Part shown: positions 1-10,683 of the stretch, in pieces
Layout of the letters: each line of letters starts with the position of its first letter
How positions within the stretch are numbered: position 1 is the stretch's first letter
Notes under the pieces: generated by a model
The model's input: only the letters and a program-made list of their open reading frames with translations
Database searches by the model: none
What the model was told of the DNA's origin: nothing
Translations under genes and position numbers: made by a program
Source of the DNA: Minutocellus sp. GHC0000111
Lineage: Eukaryota
DNA length: 64,000 nucleotides
Direction of reading: 5' to 3'
Assembly (NCBI GenBank): GCA_977018835.1
Contig: OZ361260.1
Coordinates: 2,480,001 to 2,544,000, forward strand

Positions 1-675
1 GTTTGCGCACTGGGCCCCAGTTCCCAAACTAGGATCTCAGTTTGCGCACTGATACTACCAGAATGGAAACTGAGATAAACACGCCAATCCGAATTTGGGA
101 ACCAGACGAGTTCGCGAACTGGAACAAAAATGAATACCAGTTTGGAAACTGGCATTCTCGGCAAGTGTCAGAATGGTAACTGCCGGTGTTGGCTCATGCA
201 CAATGATTATGTACTGGTAGATCTATCTACAATACAAGTTGCACTGTGCATCATATCTTGAATTTGCAAGCTACATGTACTGGTACAGTAGCAACATGAT
301 GCCGGCATAGCACAGATGCATGTACAGTTCATGACTTATATTTGCCAGAAGCAGCTAGCTAGATATTATTATTTATTCACTATATGTATTTAGTATCAGC
401 TAATGCCAATTTATTGAGTATCAGCTCCGGCACTAATGTCGTCTGGACGTCTGGACCAGGTTTGGGCTGTGTTGCTTCACTATGAAAAAATGAAGCGAGG
501 AGAAGCAAAGGCGATATCATCCATGCTAAATATTCATTATTTCTCGATTGATCCCAGTTTGCAAACTGAGATTGTGCCTATGATCCCAGTTTCCAAACTG
601 GGATAAATAAATCCTAGTTCGCAAACTGGGATCCCAGTTCGCGAACTGGGACAGTGCGCATTTTGGGACTAACAT
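1..675. mobile_element. MITE-like non-autonomous element with arrays of palindromic subterminal repeats; left end just outside the window
   Basis: Hairpin units ATCCCAGTT(T/C)nnnAACTGGGAT at 551-572, 583-604, 611-632 and 632-651, with degenerate copies in 1-186. The right end ...TGCGCATTTTGGGACTAACAT (675) is roughly the reverse complement of the window start. AT-rich non-coding interior. Confidence 0.7.
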
Positions 676-1031
676 CCTGACGCAGAAAGACAGCTGTCAT
701 TCTGCAAGTGGCACAAGTTTTTTAGTCGAGTGAGTCTGGGGGAAAGAGCAGGTCATTGGTCTCACGTAAGCGGCGCTTTAGCAAAAACAAAACGCACAAA
801 AATGCATGCAAAAAGCCACACATGCGCCGCCCAGCGCAGCCAAGCGTTCTCTGCGGAGGAGGTAAGATTCGGCCGGTGAATAGTAACCGTGCCTCATGCT
901 CAAGAGCCACCACCGATCCTACAGCCGCCCCCAGTCGCTAAAATATTATCCTACACAGCGATTAATTAATGGAGGTTGCACTGGCCGTGGGCATTGCTGC
1001 ATATTCTGTGGATAAGAAATTAAAGGCCGAA

Positions 1032-3587
1032 ATGGGGGGAGCCGACGACGCTTCTGCCACCGCCGCTTCTGCTGCCGCCGCTAGCGCTACCGCCGACGTT
1101 ACCTGCCCTTCCAACTTGCGAATCCTCGTCTGCACGGGGAACCTGGGCAATGCAGCACCGACCAAGGAGTCCTTTGCAGCGTGGCTACCCAAACACGGGT
1201 CGGTCGACGAGGAACTCCAAAAGGCCAAGTACCCTCCGCCGGTCGGCCACGACCCTCCGACCGAGGCCGACATGGGCGGAAGGTTTGACATCATTGCCAT
1301 TGGTATGCAGGAGGCGGTATTTTCCATCAAGAAGGAGGACAGCACCAAGACTGCAGCTGCGTTGAATGCCATACCGGAAGTAACCCAGCGTGATGTCGAC
1401 GTCGAGACAAACAGCAGCAACCACAAGGTGTCTCTGTCCAATCTCAAACTCATGTCAATGCGGGGTTTGCTCCCACAGAGGGGCGACACTGGCGCCGGCG
1501 GTAGTGACCACTCGTTGTCCGACGACTCCATGATGTCCCTCATGGGGAAGGATAATGGCGACCAGGTGGACATTTATAGCGAAGGAAACGGAAGAGCAAA
1601 TGGCGAGGACGACGACAATAATGGGCCGCCAGACAATCGAATTCACATGCAATCCAGCCGGGACGGGCCGATGCCCGGTTCCGGTAAGAAAAATAAGAGT
1701 CCGACACCATCGCCCAAGGCTGCCGCTGGCGGTGTGACCAATGCAGCCAAAAAGGCCACGAATGCCGTTACAGGAACGGTTGACGGGGTCGTCAACGTCG
1801 CGAAGGAGAAGCTGGTCCAGCCTGTTGCCACAACCATCGTTTCCGTGGCAGGCAATGCCGACCACACGAGAGGACAGCCTCCGCCGGGCGCAGGAGGACA
1901 GAGCCACAGCACCGCCGCCAGTTTCTTTGGCCTGGACACAATTTTGGACGGGGCCAAACCCGCCGAGTGGATGGGAGGTACGAAGGAATTGTACGACATT
2001 GGCGACGAACAACTTGGAACTGACAATTACGATGCCCTGGTGCGATACCAACGCGGCGAGATGAGGCTGGTGGTTCTGGTAGGAAAGGAGCTCAGCCCTC
2101 TCATTACCAACATCGAAACCCTTGCCGAAAACACTGGTATTGCTGGTGTAGTCGCCAACAAAGGCGGCATCATATCGACTCTTACCATTGCAGGCAAAAC
2201 GCGCATTAGTTTCCTAACGGCACACCTGGAGGCGCACGAGGGCAAGGAGCATTACAACAACCGATGCTCCAATCTCGCTGAAATAGTGAGCGGCGCCAAG
2301 AAGGGCAGTTTGGATGCCAGTATTACCAGCCACCACATGTTCGCTATGGGAGATTTGAACTTTCGCGTAGCATTGCCTCCACCAGAAGGTAAGGAGAAAT
2401 GGGAGGGTGCTGTTCATCGTGCCAAGGTTCGTTCCATGGTCGATGATGAGAAATGGGAGGCACTCAATGATGCCGACGAACTTCACTCGGCGCTGAAGAA
2501 GGGTGATTGCCTTGCTGGTTTCCGGACACTTCAGTGCAACTTCCATCCGACCTTCAAAGTGCATCGTGAACTTGGTTTCAAATATCAGGAGAAGCGCACT
2601 CCGAGCTACACCGATAGGATATTATGGAAGTCAGCCCATGGATTGAATGACGATGTCCGACCATTGCTGTACGAGCCAGTGTCTGACTATGTCACAAGTG
2701 ATCACAAGCCAATGAGAGGAGCATACTCCGTTGTTATGAGAGGACACGACAAATTGGAGGGACCGGGCAACGAGAACGCTCATTTAGCAGCCGCCAAGAG
2801 CGCAGGCGGTCGTGATAGAGATTTGCATCTCTTCATCTCTGATATGGCGTGCAAGGACCTCTCCAGGGTTTGGGAAGCTCGGAAAAATGCTCCCTACATA
2901 ATGTTTACGTCCAATCCTAAGAATCTTATCCGCTTCAAACGCACCAAGAGACAAATTATCGCAGACAAGCTTGGGCTGGGTGGATATGCGGGATTGTTCT
3001 TCAAGAAGTCGACTGCTGTGACCCAAATGAGGGACGGATATCCCCGGACAAGCGTGAACAAGGAAAACGGCGACAATCCTGATTGGGGCGATGCCGAAGT
3101 GAAGTTATCAATTGAGGATCCAAACATCGAGTGCGCGGAAGATCTTGCTGGTGCTCTGCTTTATCTCAATGTTTATGACAAACAAGGCCTTACGCCAAAC
3201 GATGATGATTATCTAATTGGCACAGTAGCTTTGAATCTTGAAGTTTTAGCCAAGGAAGACGGCGGTGACGACGAAGAGGATGAGCATTCGCCCCGTGGTA
3301 ATAGCGGCGGTGGCGAACGACTCGCCTTTGCGAAGAGTATAATGGGATCAGGAAATAGCGCCCCGGTTTTTGATATGATAGAGATCGACGAACCTATCGT
3401 CAAGAATGGAAAGGAGAAAGGTAGATTGAGCTGCACCATAACGGCGTGGTGGCTTTCCAACTCAGTAGGAAGGGTCGACAATCTTAGTGCGCGAAGATCA
3501 ATGCGCAACATCCAAGGCAAGAAAAAGAAGAAGTTCAAGTGGCCGGTCGGAGCCAAAAAGAAGGAGAACAAACAGAAGAGGAGATGA
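1032..3587 (+). CDS. Inositol polyphosphate 5-phosphatase with C-terminal C2-like domain and polybasic tail
   Basis: Motifs TGNLGN, IGMQE, ANKGG, AHLEAH, MGDLNFR, PTFK, RTPSYTDRILW and SDHKP. C2-like NPDWG...VYDK...DYLIGTV. Start at ATG 1032, or 969. Confidence 0.9.
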   Translation: MGGADDASATAASAAAASATADVTCPSNLRILVCTGNLGNAAPTKESFAAWLPKHGSVDEELQKAKYPPPVGHDPPTEADMGGRFDIIAIGMQEAVFSIKKEDSTKTAAALNAIPEVTQRDVDVETNSSNHKVSLSNLKLMSMRGLLPQRGDTGAGGSDHSLSDDSMMSLMGKDNGDQVDIYSEGNGRANGEDDDNNGPPDNRIHMQSSRDGPMPGSGKKNKSPTPSPKAAAGGVTNAAKKATNAVTGTVDGVVNVAKEKLVQPVATTIVSVAGNADHTRGQPPPGAGGQSHSTAASFFGLDTILDGAKPAEWMGGTKELYDIGDEQLGTDNYDALVRYQRGEMRLVVLVGKELSPLITNIETLAENTGIAGVVANKGGIISTLTIAGKTRISFLTAHLEAHEGKEHYNNRCSNLAEIVSGAKKGSLDASITSHHMFAMGDLNFRVALPPPEGKEKWEGAVHRAKVRSMVDDEKWEALNDADELHSALKKGDCLAGFRTLQCNFHPTFKVHRELGFKYQEKRTPSYTDRILWKSAHGLNDDVRPLLYEPVSDYVTSDHKPMRGAYSVVMRGHDKLEGPGNENAHLAAAKSAGGRDRDLHLFISDMACKDLSRVWEARKNAPYIMFTSNPKNLIRFKRTKRQIIADKLGLGGYAGLFFKKSTAVTQMRDGYPRTSVNKENGDNPDWGDAEVKLSIEDPNIECAEDLAGALLYLNVYDKQGLTPNDDDYLIGTVALNLEVLAKEDGGDDEEDEHSPRGNSGGGERLAFAKSIMGSGNSAPVFDMIEIDEPIVKNGKEKGRLSCTITAWWLSNSVGRVDNLSARRSMRNIQGKKKKKFKWPVGAKKKENKQKRR

Positions 3588-3675
3588 TGACAATCATTGC
3601 ATGTTATTTGTTTTAGAATATGCGCTTTAATTAACGAAAGTAGCAGAGAAATCCAATTAGATACTACACGTGTTG

Positions 3676-5571
3676 TTATCGTCGGCCCATGCACTTCCCG
3701 CATACGATCGTAGCTTCCGTGTGGGACAATTCAGAGAGAAATATACTATCATGGCCCGACGAAAAACATCTCGGGCACTGACTAAGGCCCAGCCCAATCC
3801 GTTCGATTTCTTCATACCTGTTTGGGAGGGGTGGGTTGTACCTTCTCGCTGTTTCCATTGATTTCATTCTTCGACATTCTGAAACAATGGGTCCACGCTT
3901 CTCGTGCGACATGGTCGGATTGTAAAATCTCAGGAGTAGAACGGCCCTAACTTCATCTGTATCGTTTCGGACTTCATGTTCAAAGGAATCGTCAAAAACA
4001 ATCATTTTGCCCACCTTCCATCCATGCCACGCATTTGCTACGCGAATGCCGCATTTGGGAATTCCGTGGCCATCCAGTTGGTTCCCCTCTTCTGGCACTA
4101 CCAATCCTAAGTGTGCGGTGAGGCGAATGTTTGTCGAAGCGCAGTGAGTCGCAATTTTTGTACCTGGGGCTAGAACGCTGAAAATAATCTCCCCAGCTCC
4201 ACTCTCTGCCAGATCAACGGCATCTCTGGCATATTTTCGAATCAAATCTTTCGTTCTCGGAGCAATGGCATCATTATGGGACGCCCCAGAGCCAAAAAGG
4301 ACGTGCTCACGCCAATCGCCCCCTTCTCCGACTACTCTGTGGTCGCTGGCGCCTCCACCACCTCGATGATCGCCCGAGCCAACCATGGGCCAATGCTTGG
4401 GTTGCTGAATATTCGAGGAGCACGAGGATCGAGGCCCTCCAACGAGAGCAAGAAATTCCTCTTGGATTGTTTCTGATTCTTGTTCAAGTGTTCGACACCA
4501 AGATGGAAATTTTGGGTCGTCTGCAGAAACAAAAGGTTGTGTTGAATTGTCCTCTCCCATGTATAAATATCCGGGCCGTTGGTAGGCATCTATCCAATAT
4601 CCGATGCCGCTTTCAATGCTCCATTGTGCAACGTGACGTGCCATGTCGACCTCCCCAGCTTCCTCGTAACTCTGCGCCAATTCCATTACCGCCGCGTTTT
4701 GCGTTTGACAAAACACTCCATTCTCGCTACCATCACCTTCCGCCAGCATAAACGTATATTCCTCCCAAGTTGGTATTGTTCGAAGAGATCTCATCAGCCA
4801 CTTCCGTCCCTCCTTGATCCGATTAGCATCGAGAAGACATGCCCCGAAAAAGTATGCTCGGCGAGCTATCTGGAGTCTAGATTGGTTGTCGTTGGTGCGA
4901 AGTGGTGGCGGTCGAAGCATTTCTAGGTAAAATAAATCTTCTTCCCCTTCGCCACCGCCCTTATTCTCTGTCGAAGAATCACAACCTTTTGCCTCCCACA
5001 CTATTGCTTCGAGGCTATCTTCAAAGTGCACCATTGCCTGACGATAGTCCTGTTCGTTGTACCAGCACCGCACGCCCTGCATCCATTGGAATGTCGCCTC
5101 AGCTTGAACACTCTCAGATCTATTGGCTCGGTCCACCTCTTTTGGTGTTTGGGTCGCCAGAGCATCAATGTCACATAAAATGATTATATCTCGATTGTCG
5201 AGGTGCACCAAGAGACTGCCGCATGCGTCAATTTCAATGGGATATTGAACGATTCGCCCCGTCTCACCAGCTACGCACTCGACTTCGTCTCCACTGGGTT
5301 CGTACAGGCATGTGTCCGAAGACGATGAACACGGTTTGTACGCCGGAAATGATTCACCAGCACCAGCCACAAGCTGAGCTCCTGTCACGCACCGCCGCTG
5401 CAAGCCCAAGAATCGGCAGCGACGGTGAGTGTGCTGCCCACCACACGTTGCATCGAGGTCGTCATCTCGGCACTGCTCCGAGCAGTAGACTGCCGACCCC
5501 CGGCAATAGCCGCGGGTGCAGGAGAACGGCAGCGAGGGTGCGTCGCCAAAGCAACCGTGGCAGAGGGGCAT
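3676..5571 (-). CDS. Aspartyl/asparaginyl beta-hydroxylase-domain protein with N-terminal MYND-like finger and TPR-like helices
   Basis: FSVLAPGTKIATHCASTNIRLTAHLGLVVP...W..GKMIVFDDSFEHEV (ASPH catalytic domain). N-terminal CHGC...C...C...YCSEQC...H...C. C-terminal CPRC...CGKC. Confidence 0.85.
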   Translation of the reverse strand: MPLCHGCFGDAPSLPFSCTRGYCRGSAVYCSEQCRDDDLDATCGGQHTHRRCRFLGLQRRCVTGAQLVAGAGESFPAYKPCSSSSDTCLYEPSGDEVECVAGETGRIVQYPIEIDACGSLLVHLDNRDIIILCDIDALATQTPKEVDRANRSESVQAEATFQWMQGVRCWYNEQDYRQAMVHFEDSLEAIVWEAKGCDSSTENKGGGEGEEDLFYLEMLRPPPLRTNDNQSRLQIARRAYFFGACLLDANRIKEGRKWLMRSLRTIPTWEEYTFMLAEGDGSENGVFCQTQNAAVMELAQSYEEAGEVDMARHVAQWSIESGIGYWIDAYQRPGYLYMGEDNSTQPFVSADDPKFPSWCRTLEQESETIQEEFLALVGGPRSSCSSNIQQPKHWPMVGSGDHRGGGGASDHRVVGEGGDWREHVLFGSGASHNDAIAPRTKDLIRKYARDAVDLAESGAGEIIFSVLAPGTKIATHCASTNIRLTAHLGLVVPEEGNQLDGHGIPKCGIRVANAWHGWKVGKMIVFDDSFEHEVRNDTDEVRAVLLLRFYNPTMSHEKRGPIVSECRRMKSMETARRYNPPLPNRYEEIERIGLGLSQCPRCFSSGHDSIFLSELSHTEATIVCGKCMGRR

Positions 5572-5894
5572 GTCTTCACAATAGCTAGGCGATGACGGCT
5601 CATGGAACAGCCAGGCACGCGGCAAGAGGAAAGATACGAAGCAAATGAAACACATGACGTGCACCGCCCCAAATACAAACGGAGCTACCAATGCCCTATA
5701 CTACTATTTGACGTGGCAGGCATCTTCTTGTTGTCAGGGCTGTTGTGTTGTGACATGCATGCTCGCGACACACACACTGCTCATCAAAAACTTCGGCGTA
5801 TCTTTCGATCCATTGGTGCAGCTTCTCATCAGAAGCAACCTTCATTTCACCAGATGAGAGCAATATCCCTCCTCTCCACTGATATTGCCTAATC

Positions 5895-7887
5895 ATGGAC
5901 CCTGACGGCGAATACATTGGCCGGCATAGCACAGCAAGCGCCCTTGATCCGAGCGATCACTTGTCGTCGTTTGGCGGCAAGGATGACGACGTGCCTACTT
6001 TGGCGGAAGAAGACAACGGAAAAAGAAAGGGCGATGATGAGAACCTCTGTTCTGAGAGTGGTGTGGCCAAGGAAGATCCTTGCGAGATCAAAGGCAGCAA
6101 AGTAAAATGTGAGCTTAGAGAGACCTCGCCGCATGCAACGTCCCCACCGCTTGGCAGTAAGCAATGTAGCACTGAAGATTCCCAGTAGGTGAAGGTAGTT
6201 GCCGACGCGAACACCGGCGTCATCGGTGATGTCTCCGATATCAAGGAAGGGGTACAAGGAGAAGATGAAATGAACACCGTTCCTCCACAGAAGATTCATC
6301 ATGCCGGGTCCAGCGATACAGATGTCGCTCCAACTCCCGAAGTGACGCAAAAGAAGAATGTGACTGCTGCTTCCTCCAGCGAAGTAGCCACAGGCGACAC
6401 ATGCGAGGTCCCGATGCATATCTCCGCGCAAGATCCACCAGAAGAGATGCCCAGCGGAGACCCCCGACCCAGCAGTAGTAATGGCGGTAGGCTGCACGGA
6501 TCGGCAGAAGAGGAAGTATGTGAAGAACCCGACCCATCAGCACCACCCCTCCCAAACGCCGAAACGACCAGTGCAGTTGCTGTGCCCATCGGCCTTGATG
6601 CCAACGATGCCGCTTTACCGGTTGCGGACGTCGTCCCTATCATCGACAGCAGCACCGTCGTACCCGGTGCTGCCGGAAACGCCTCTTCATCTTCACCCCA
6701 TCCTGCCACAGAAGATATAGAATCAGGGTCAAGGCTTCCCCACTCCCACAATATGGTAGAGCCAAGAGCAGGGTCAAAGAGAATCAGGATCCCCACCAGC
6801 ACAAACCCCTTTATCATCGCAGACCGAGCACAAGTCCTTCGCCCCGACCAAGTTTATAGTGTGCGCTGCCATATTGCTCGTTGTAGTAGCGGTGGCAGTT
6901 GGCGTCGCCATTGCATTCAGACCTGAACCTGAAACCCAGCCTCATACTCTGGGCAAAACTATCACGCCAAGACCTACTCAACGGCCCACACAGCTGTTAG
7001 AAACATCCGAGCCAACTATATTCTGGACTTGGGAGCCAACACATGAGGCGAGTAAGACCACCCAAGAACCCACTGTGGACGGCTTCCGTCCAGTGCCGGC
7101 TCCCACCGAAGCGCCTGTCGTCGCCCCGACAGAGCCGGTAGATCCAGCGCCGACGGAGGCACCCATTGTTGCTCCTACAGAGCCCATTGCCACCGATAGG
7201 CCAACAAAACGTCCAACCCCCATACCAACGCGGCGTCCAACCCCGACGCCACCCGCTCCAACAAATCCTACCTATTACAGCCGAAATGGCCACACCTGTC
7301 GCAGCAACTCCGCAGTGAATATGGGATCCGGTCTCAGAAATACGGATTGGGATCTCTACAATGATAAGACATTCTCGTGGTGCAGGGATAAGTGCTCAAG
7401 GAATGCAAGTTATTGCAAAGGATTCGAATGGAGGAGCGGGGATGGTCGATGTGAAATATGGAGGACGACAATCGATTATACTTTAGAGGCCGGTAGTGCT
7501 AATGGGCGTATCGATTGCTACTCTCGGACGGCATTCGGTGTAACGCCAACTGAACCCACGCCGGAACCAACATGGGAACCAACATGGGAGCCCACGTGGG
7601 AGCCGACGGGTTTTCCTACAGCTGAACCTTGCGCCGCTTCTGGTGTGCGCTCTCAACAATGCGGTGCCACCCGAAGTGATTTGCCCGCTACATGCTGCGA
7701 AGAATTGGTCTGCGAGGGGAATGGCAGCGTCAAGTGTGTCATAGAAGCTTTGGAGACTTCAGAGCCTACTGAGGCTCCTGTTGTTGCTCCTACCGAGCCC
7801 ATTATTACCGAAGAGCCCACATGGTCGCCCACATGGGAGCCCACGGTAGGGACGCCGGAGCCAACATCTGAACTCACCTCGGTTTGA
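5895..7887 (+). pseudogene. Disrupted single-pass membrane protein with Pro/Thr-rich (EPTW) repeats and Cys-rich PAN/apple-like and CBM1-like modules
   Basis: Three consecutive ORFs, separated by an in-frame TAG at 6186-6188 and a frameshift near 6720-6760. TM segment FIVCAAILLVVVAVAVGVAIAF. Modules CRDKC..CKGFEW...RCEIW and QQCG..CCEELVC. Confidence 0.55.
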
Positions 7888-7940
7888 AGGCTATCAAATT
7901 TTGCTTATAGATTCGAAAGATGCGTTCAAGAAAAGATCAC

Positions 7941-7980
7941 ACACATCAATCTTCGTTAGAACACATCAATCTTCGTTAGA
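7941..7980. repeat. 20-bp perfect tandem duplication
   Basis: ACACATCAATCTTCGTTAGA twice. Confidence 0.9.
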
Positions 7981-8151
7981 AACCTAAAATCAAATGAATC
8001 GTATTACTGGACTAGCTAATAGTGACCTAGCTAAAGGAAGATATGCACCAGAGTGGCTGAAACTAGAGTAGTCACCAACAAGTTACCAACAATTCTTCGT
8101 ATGCGAAATTCTTTAGAGGCGGGTCGCCGGGCATCTAAAAGATCCGACTTA

Positions 8152-10292
8152 TTATGTACAGGTGTTTGTTCTAAGGTAAACAGCGCTGCTGCGAAGACCA
8201 TCGGGGTCCATGCTGACTCCTCTGCGATGCTGATCCCTCGCCATCTTCATTCTTTGGAAGCTACTTCTCAAACCGTCGGAATCTATATTAACGATCGGCT
8301 TTTCCTCATCGCTATTGCCTTCGGAACCTTCCCCGCCGATCTCTCTGGGATTTTCGACAACATGCTGCTTACTTGTCTGATCAGTAACGACCCGACCGGC
8401 ATTCAAATCCTCCAACAACTTCGATATATCGGTGTGGAAGTTGGCGTTTGCAATGTCGAGTGCCATAAGACCATCTTTACGATGATGTTGACATCAGCTT
8501 CTTGGTGAACCAACATCCTGGTCACAGCCACATTGCCAAGCAATGCGCACTTGTGCAGCGGTGTCTTATTATCCTTGTTGACTGCATCGACATTGGCTCC
8601 ACAACGAATCAAGAGACTAGCGAGACTACCGTTGCCTTCGAGATCAAAAACATCCAAGTGAAGGGGTGTGCATTCATCATCGTCAACCGCATTGACATCC
8701 GCATCGTGTTGGAGCAATACATTTGCAGCCTCCATCCGCCCATCATAAGCCGCTAGGTGGAGGGCTGTTCGGCCGTAAAAATTGATAGAATTCACATCAG
8801 ATCCGTTTTCAAGCAATAGCTCTACAATCTTTGCGTGACCATATCACGATGCCGAATGAAGCGGGGACCATCCGTTATGATCCACCTCTGATACTTCGGC
8901 ACCCTTATCAATCAACATTTCCACAATACGGCGGTGTCCATAAGTACTGCATGCGTGCAATGCGGTCCACCCCATGTCATTGGCACCGTTGATGTCGATG
9001 TTGGGATCCCGTAAAAATTGGCGAACAGCGACCTCATCACCGCGGGCCGCCGCATCAAAAAGAGCAGTAGCTGAGGGCGGTGTACAGGTTGTGTTGGTAG
9101 AGGGACAAACTGACTTGGCACGCTCATTAAGAAGTGCAACAAGGCCCGTGTCCTTGTTCTCTCTTGCGATATCGATTGGTGTGCAACCAGCGTTATTTGT
9201 GATCAGTTCCGCACCCCTCTCCACCAAAATCACTGCGGCAGTAGAGTGACCGTTGTATACGCATTGGTGCAAGGGCGAGTCGCCGTCGACATTGACGATA
9301 TTCAAGTTGGCACCATGATCAAGGAGTGATTGAATCACCGCTATATGCCCTTTGCGAGATGCGTCGTGCAAGGTTGAATCACCCTCATTATCGACCGCGT
9401 CTACGTTTGCTCCTCGAGTCAGCAACAATTGGACCACCTCGTCGTGACCACAATACGATGAAGCATGGAGAGATGTCCTCCCCGAAGCGGCAGCGACGTC
9501 AACATTTGCCCCTCCCTCTAGCAGTAGCTTTACAACTTCAAGATGGCCACCGTAAGCGGCCCAGTAGAGTGGTGCCTTGCCATTTCGATCGGCAGCATTT
9601 ATGTCGGCTCCAACATCAATAAGCAACCTGACCATTTCGATGTGACCGTTCTCAGCGGCCAGTGCCAAAGGAGTTGCCCCATGATTATCGGTACTCTCGA
9701 CTTTGGATCCTTTCAAAAACAATGTGCCAGCAATGATATCGCGACCCTTTGCACTGGCGATATGCAAGGCAGTCCGGCCAGAGGAATCGGTGGCATGCAC
9801 ATCGACCTTCATCTTCAAAAGTCTTTTGACTGCAGCATCATCACCCTCTGCGACAGCATCATGCAGAGCCGTGGGCGATAGAGACCCACCTGGCTTGATT
9901 CTACCGGCCTCGGCGTCTTCCAATATTTTCACCACTGCCTTCTTCTTGAATTTCCTTGCCGTACTGAGAGGCGTACGGCCATATCCATCTACAATGTCCG
10001 TCCTTGCCGCCCCAGACTCGATGAGGAGCCGGGCCGCTGAGGCATTTCCCCACGATGCCGCCCAATGCAGCGGCGTACATCCCTTGCTGTTCACGGCGTC
10101 TACATTGGCGCCACTTTCAAGCAGCAGTTTGATGACAAAATCTTGGCCCACATTGTGGCAACATCGATGGAGTGGAGTGCTCCCATCGCTATCCGTTACA
10201 TTGGGATTGATACCTGGCTTTCGGAGGATACGACGGATACTCTCCTCATCACTGCATCTGGAAATTGCATGGAGAAGAACTTCCGATGACAT
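8152..10292 (-). pseudogene. Ankyrin-repeat protein with in-frame stop and frameshift
   Basis: More than 15 TPLH/TALH ankyrin repeats. TGA at 8844-8846 falls inside a repeat (HSAS*YGHAKIVELLL) and the same frame continues. Frameshift near 8480 into KDGLMALDIA. Confidence 0.75.
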
Positions 10293-10683
10293 AATTATTT
10301 GCAATGATACGTTTCCTTTGTTGTTTGGTTTTTGATTTGAGATGTTTTGTGGCATTGCCGGCCCTTTGCATGAGGGCTTCGCATCGCAGCTGCTGACCAC
10401 AAGACCACGAGTCGTCGAGTCCCACTGCGGGCTCAATCGGGCACAAGATGTGTATCACTCTCGGCATGGGAACACATGCTGACTGTATGTCGAAGGGTTG
10501 CCTCGACACAATTCGTTCGTCTGCATGGAAAGGCATCGATGTAACTGCATCGATGGGACGACAAGATACGCCGACGCAGCAAATAAAAAAACAAACACAT
10601 GATGTGCTTTTCCCGCCTCCACCAAACGGAGTTACCAATAACCTGAGCATGTTCCGATTCCATTGCCTGCCTACGCCTACGCG

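Noticed and set aside
1..675. CRISPR array
   Set aside because: Repeats are degenerate, irregularly spaced and clustered at the ends; there are no cas genes and the context is eukaryotic.
8844..8846. Selenocysteine or stop-codon reassignment for the in-frame TGA (and TAG at 6186)
   Set aside because: Neighbouring genes end normally on TGA and TAG, and the same genes also carry frameshifts.
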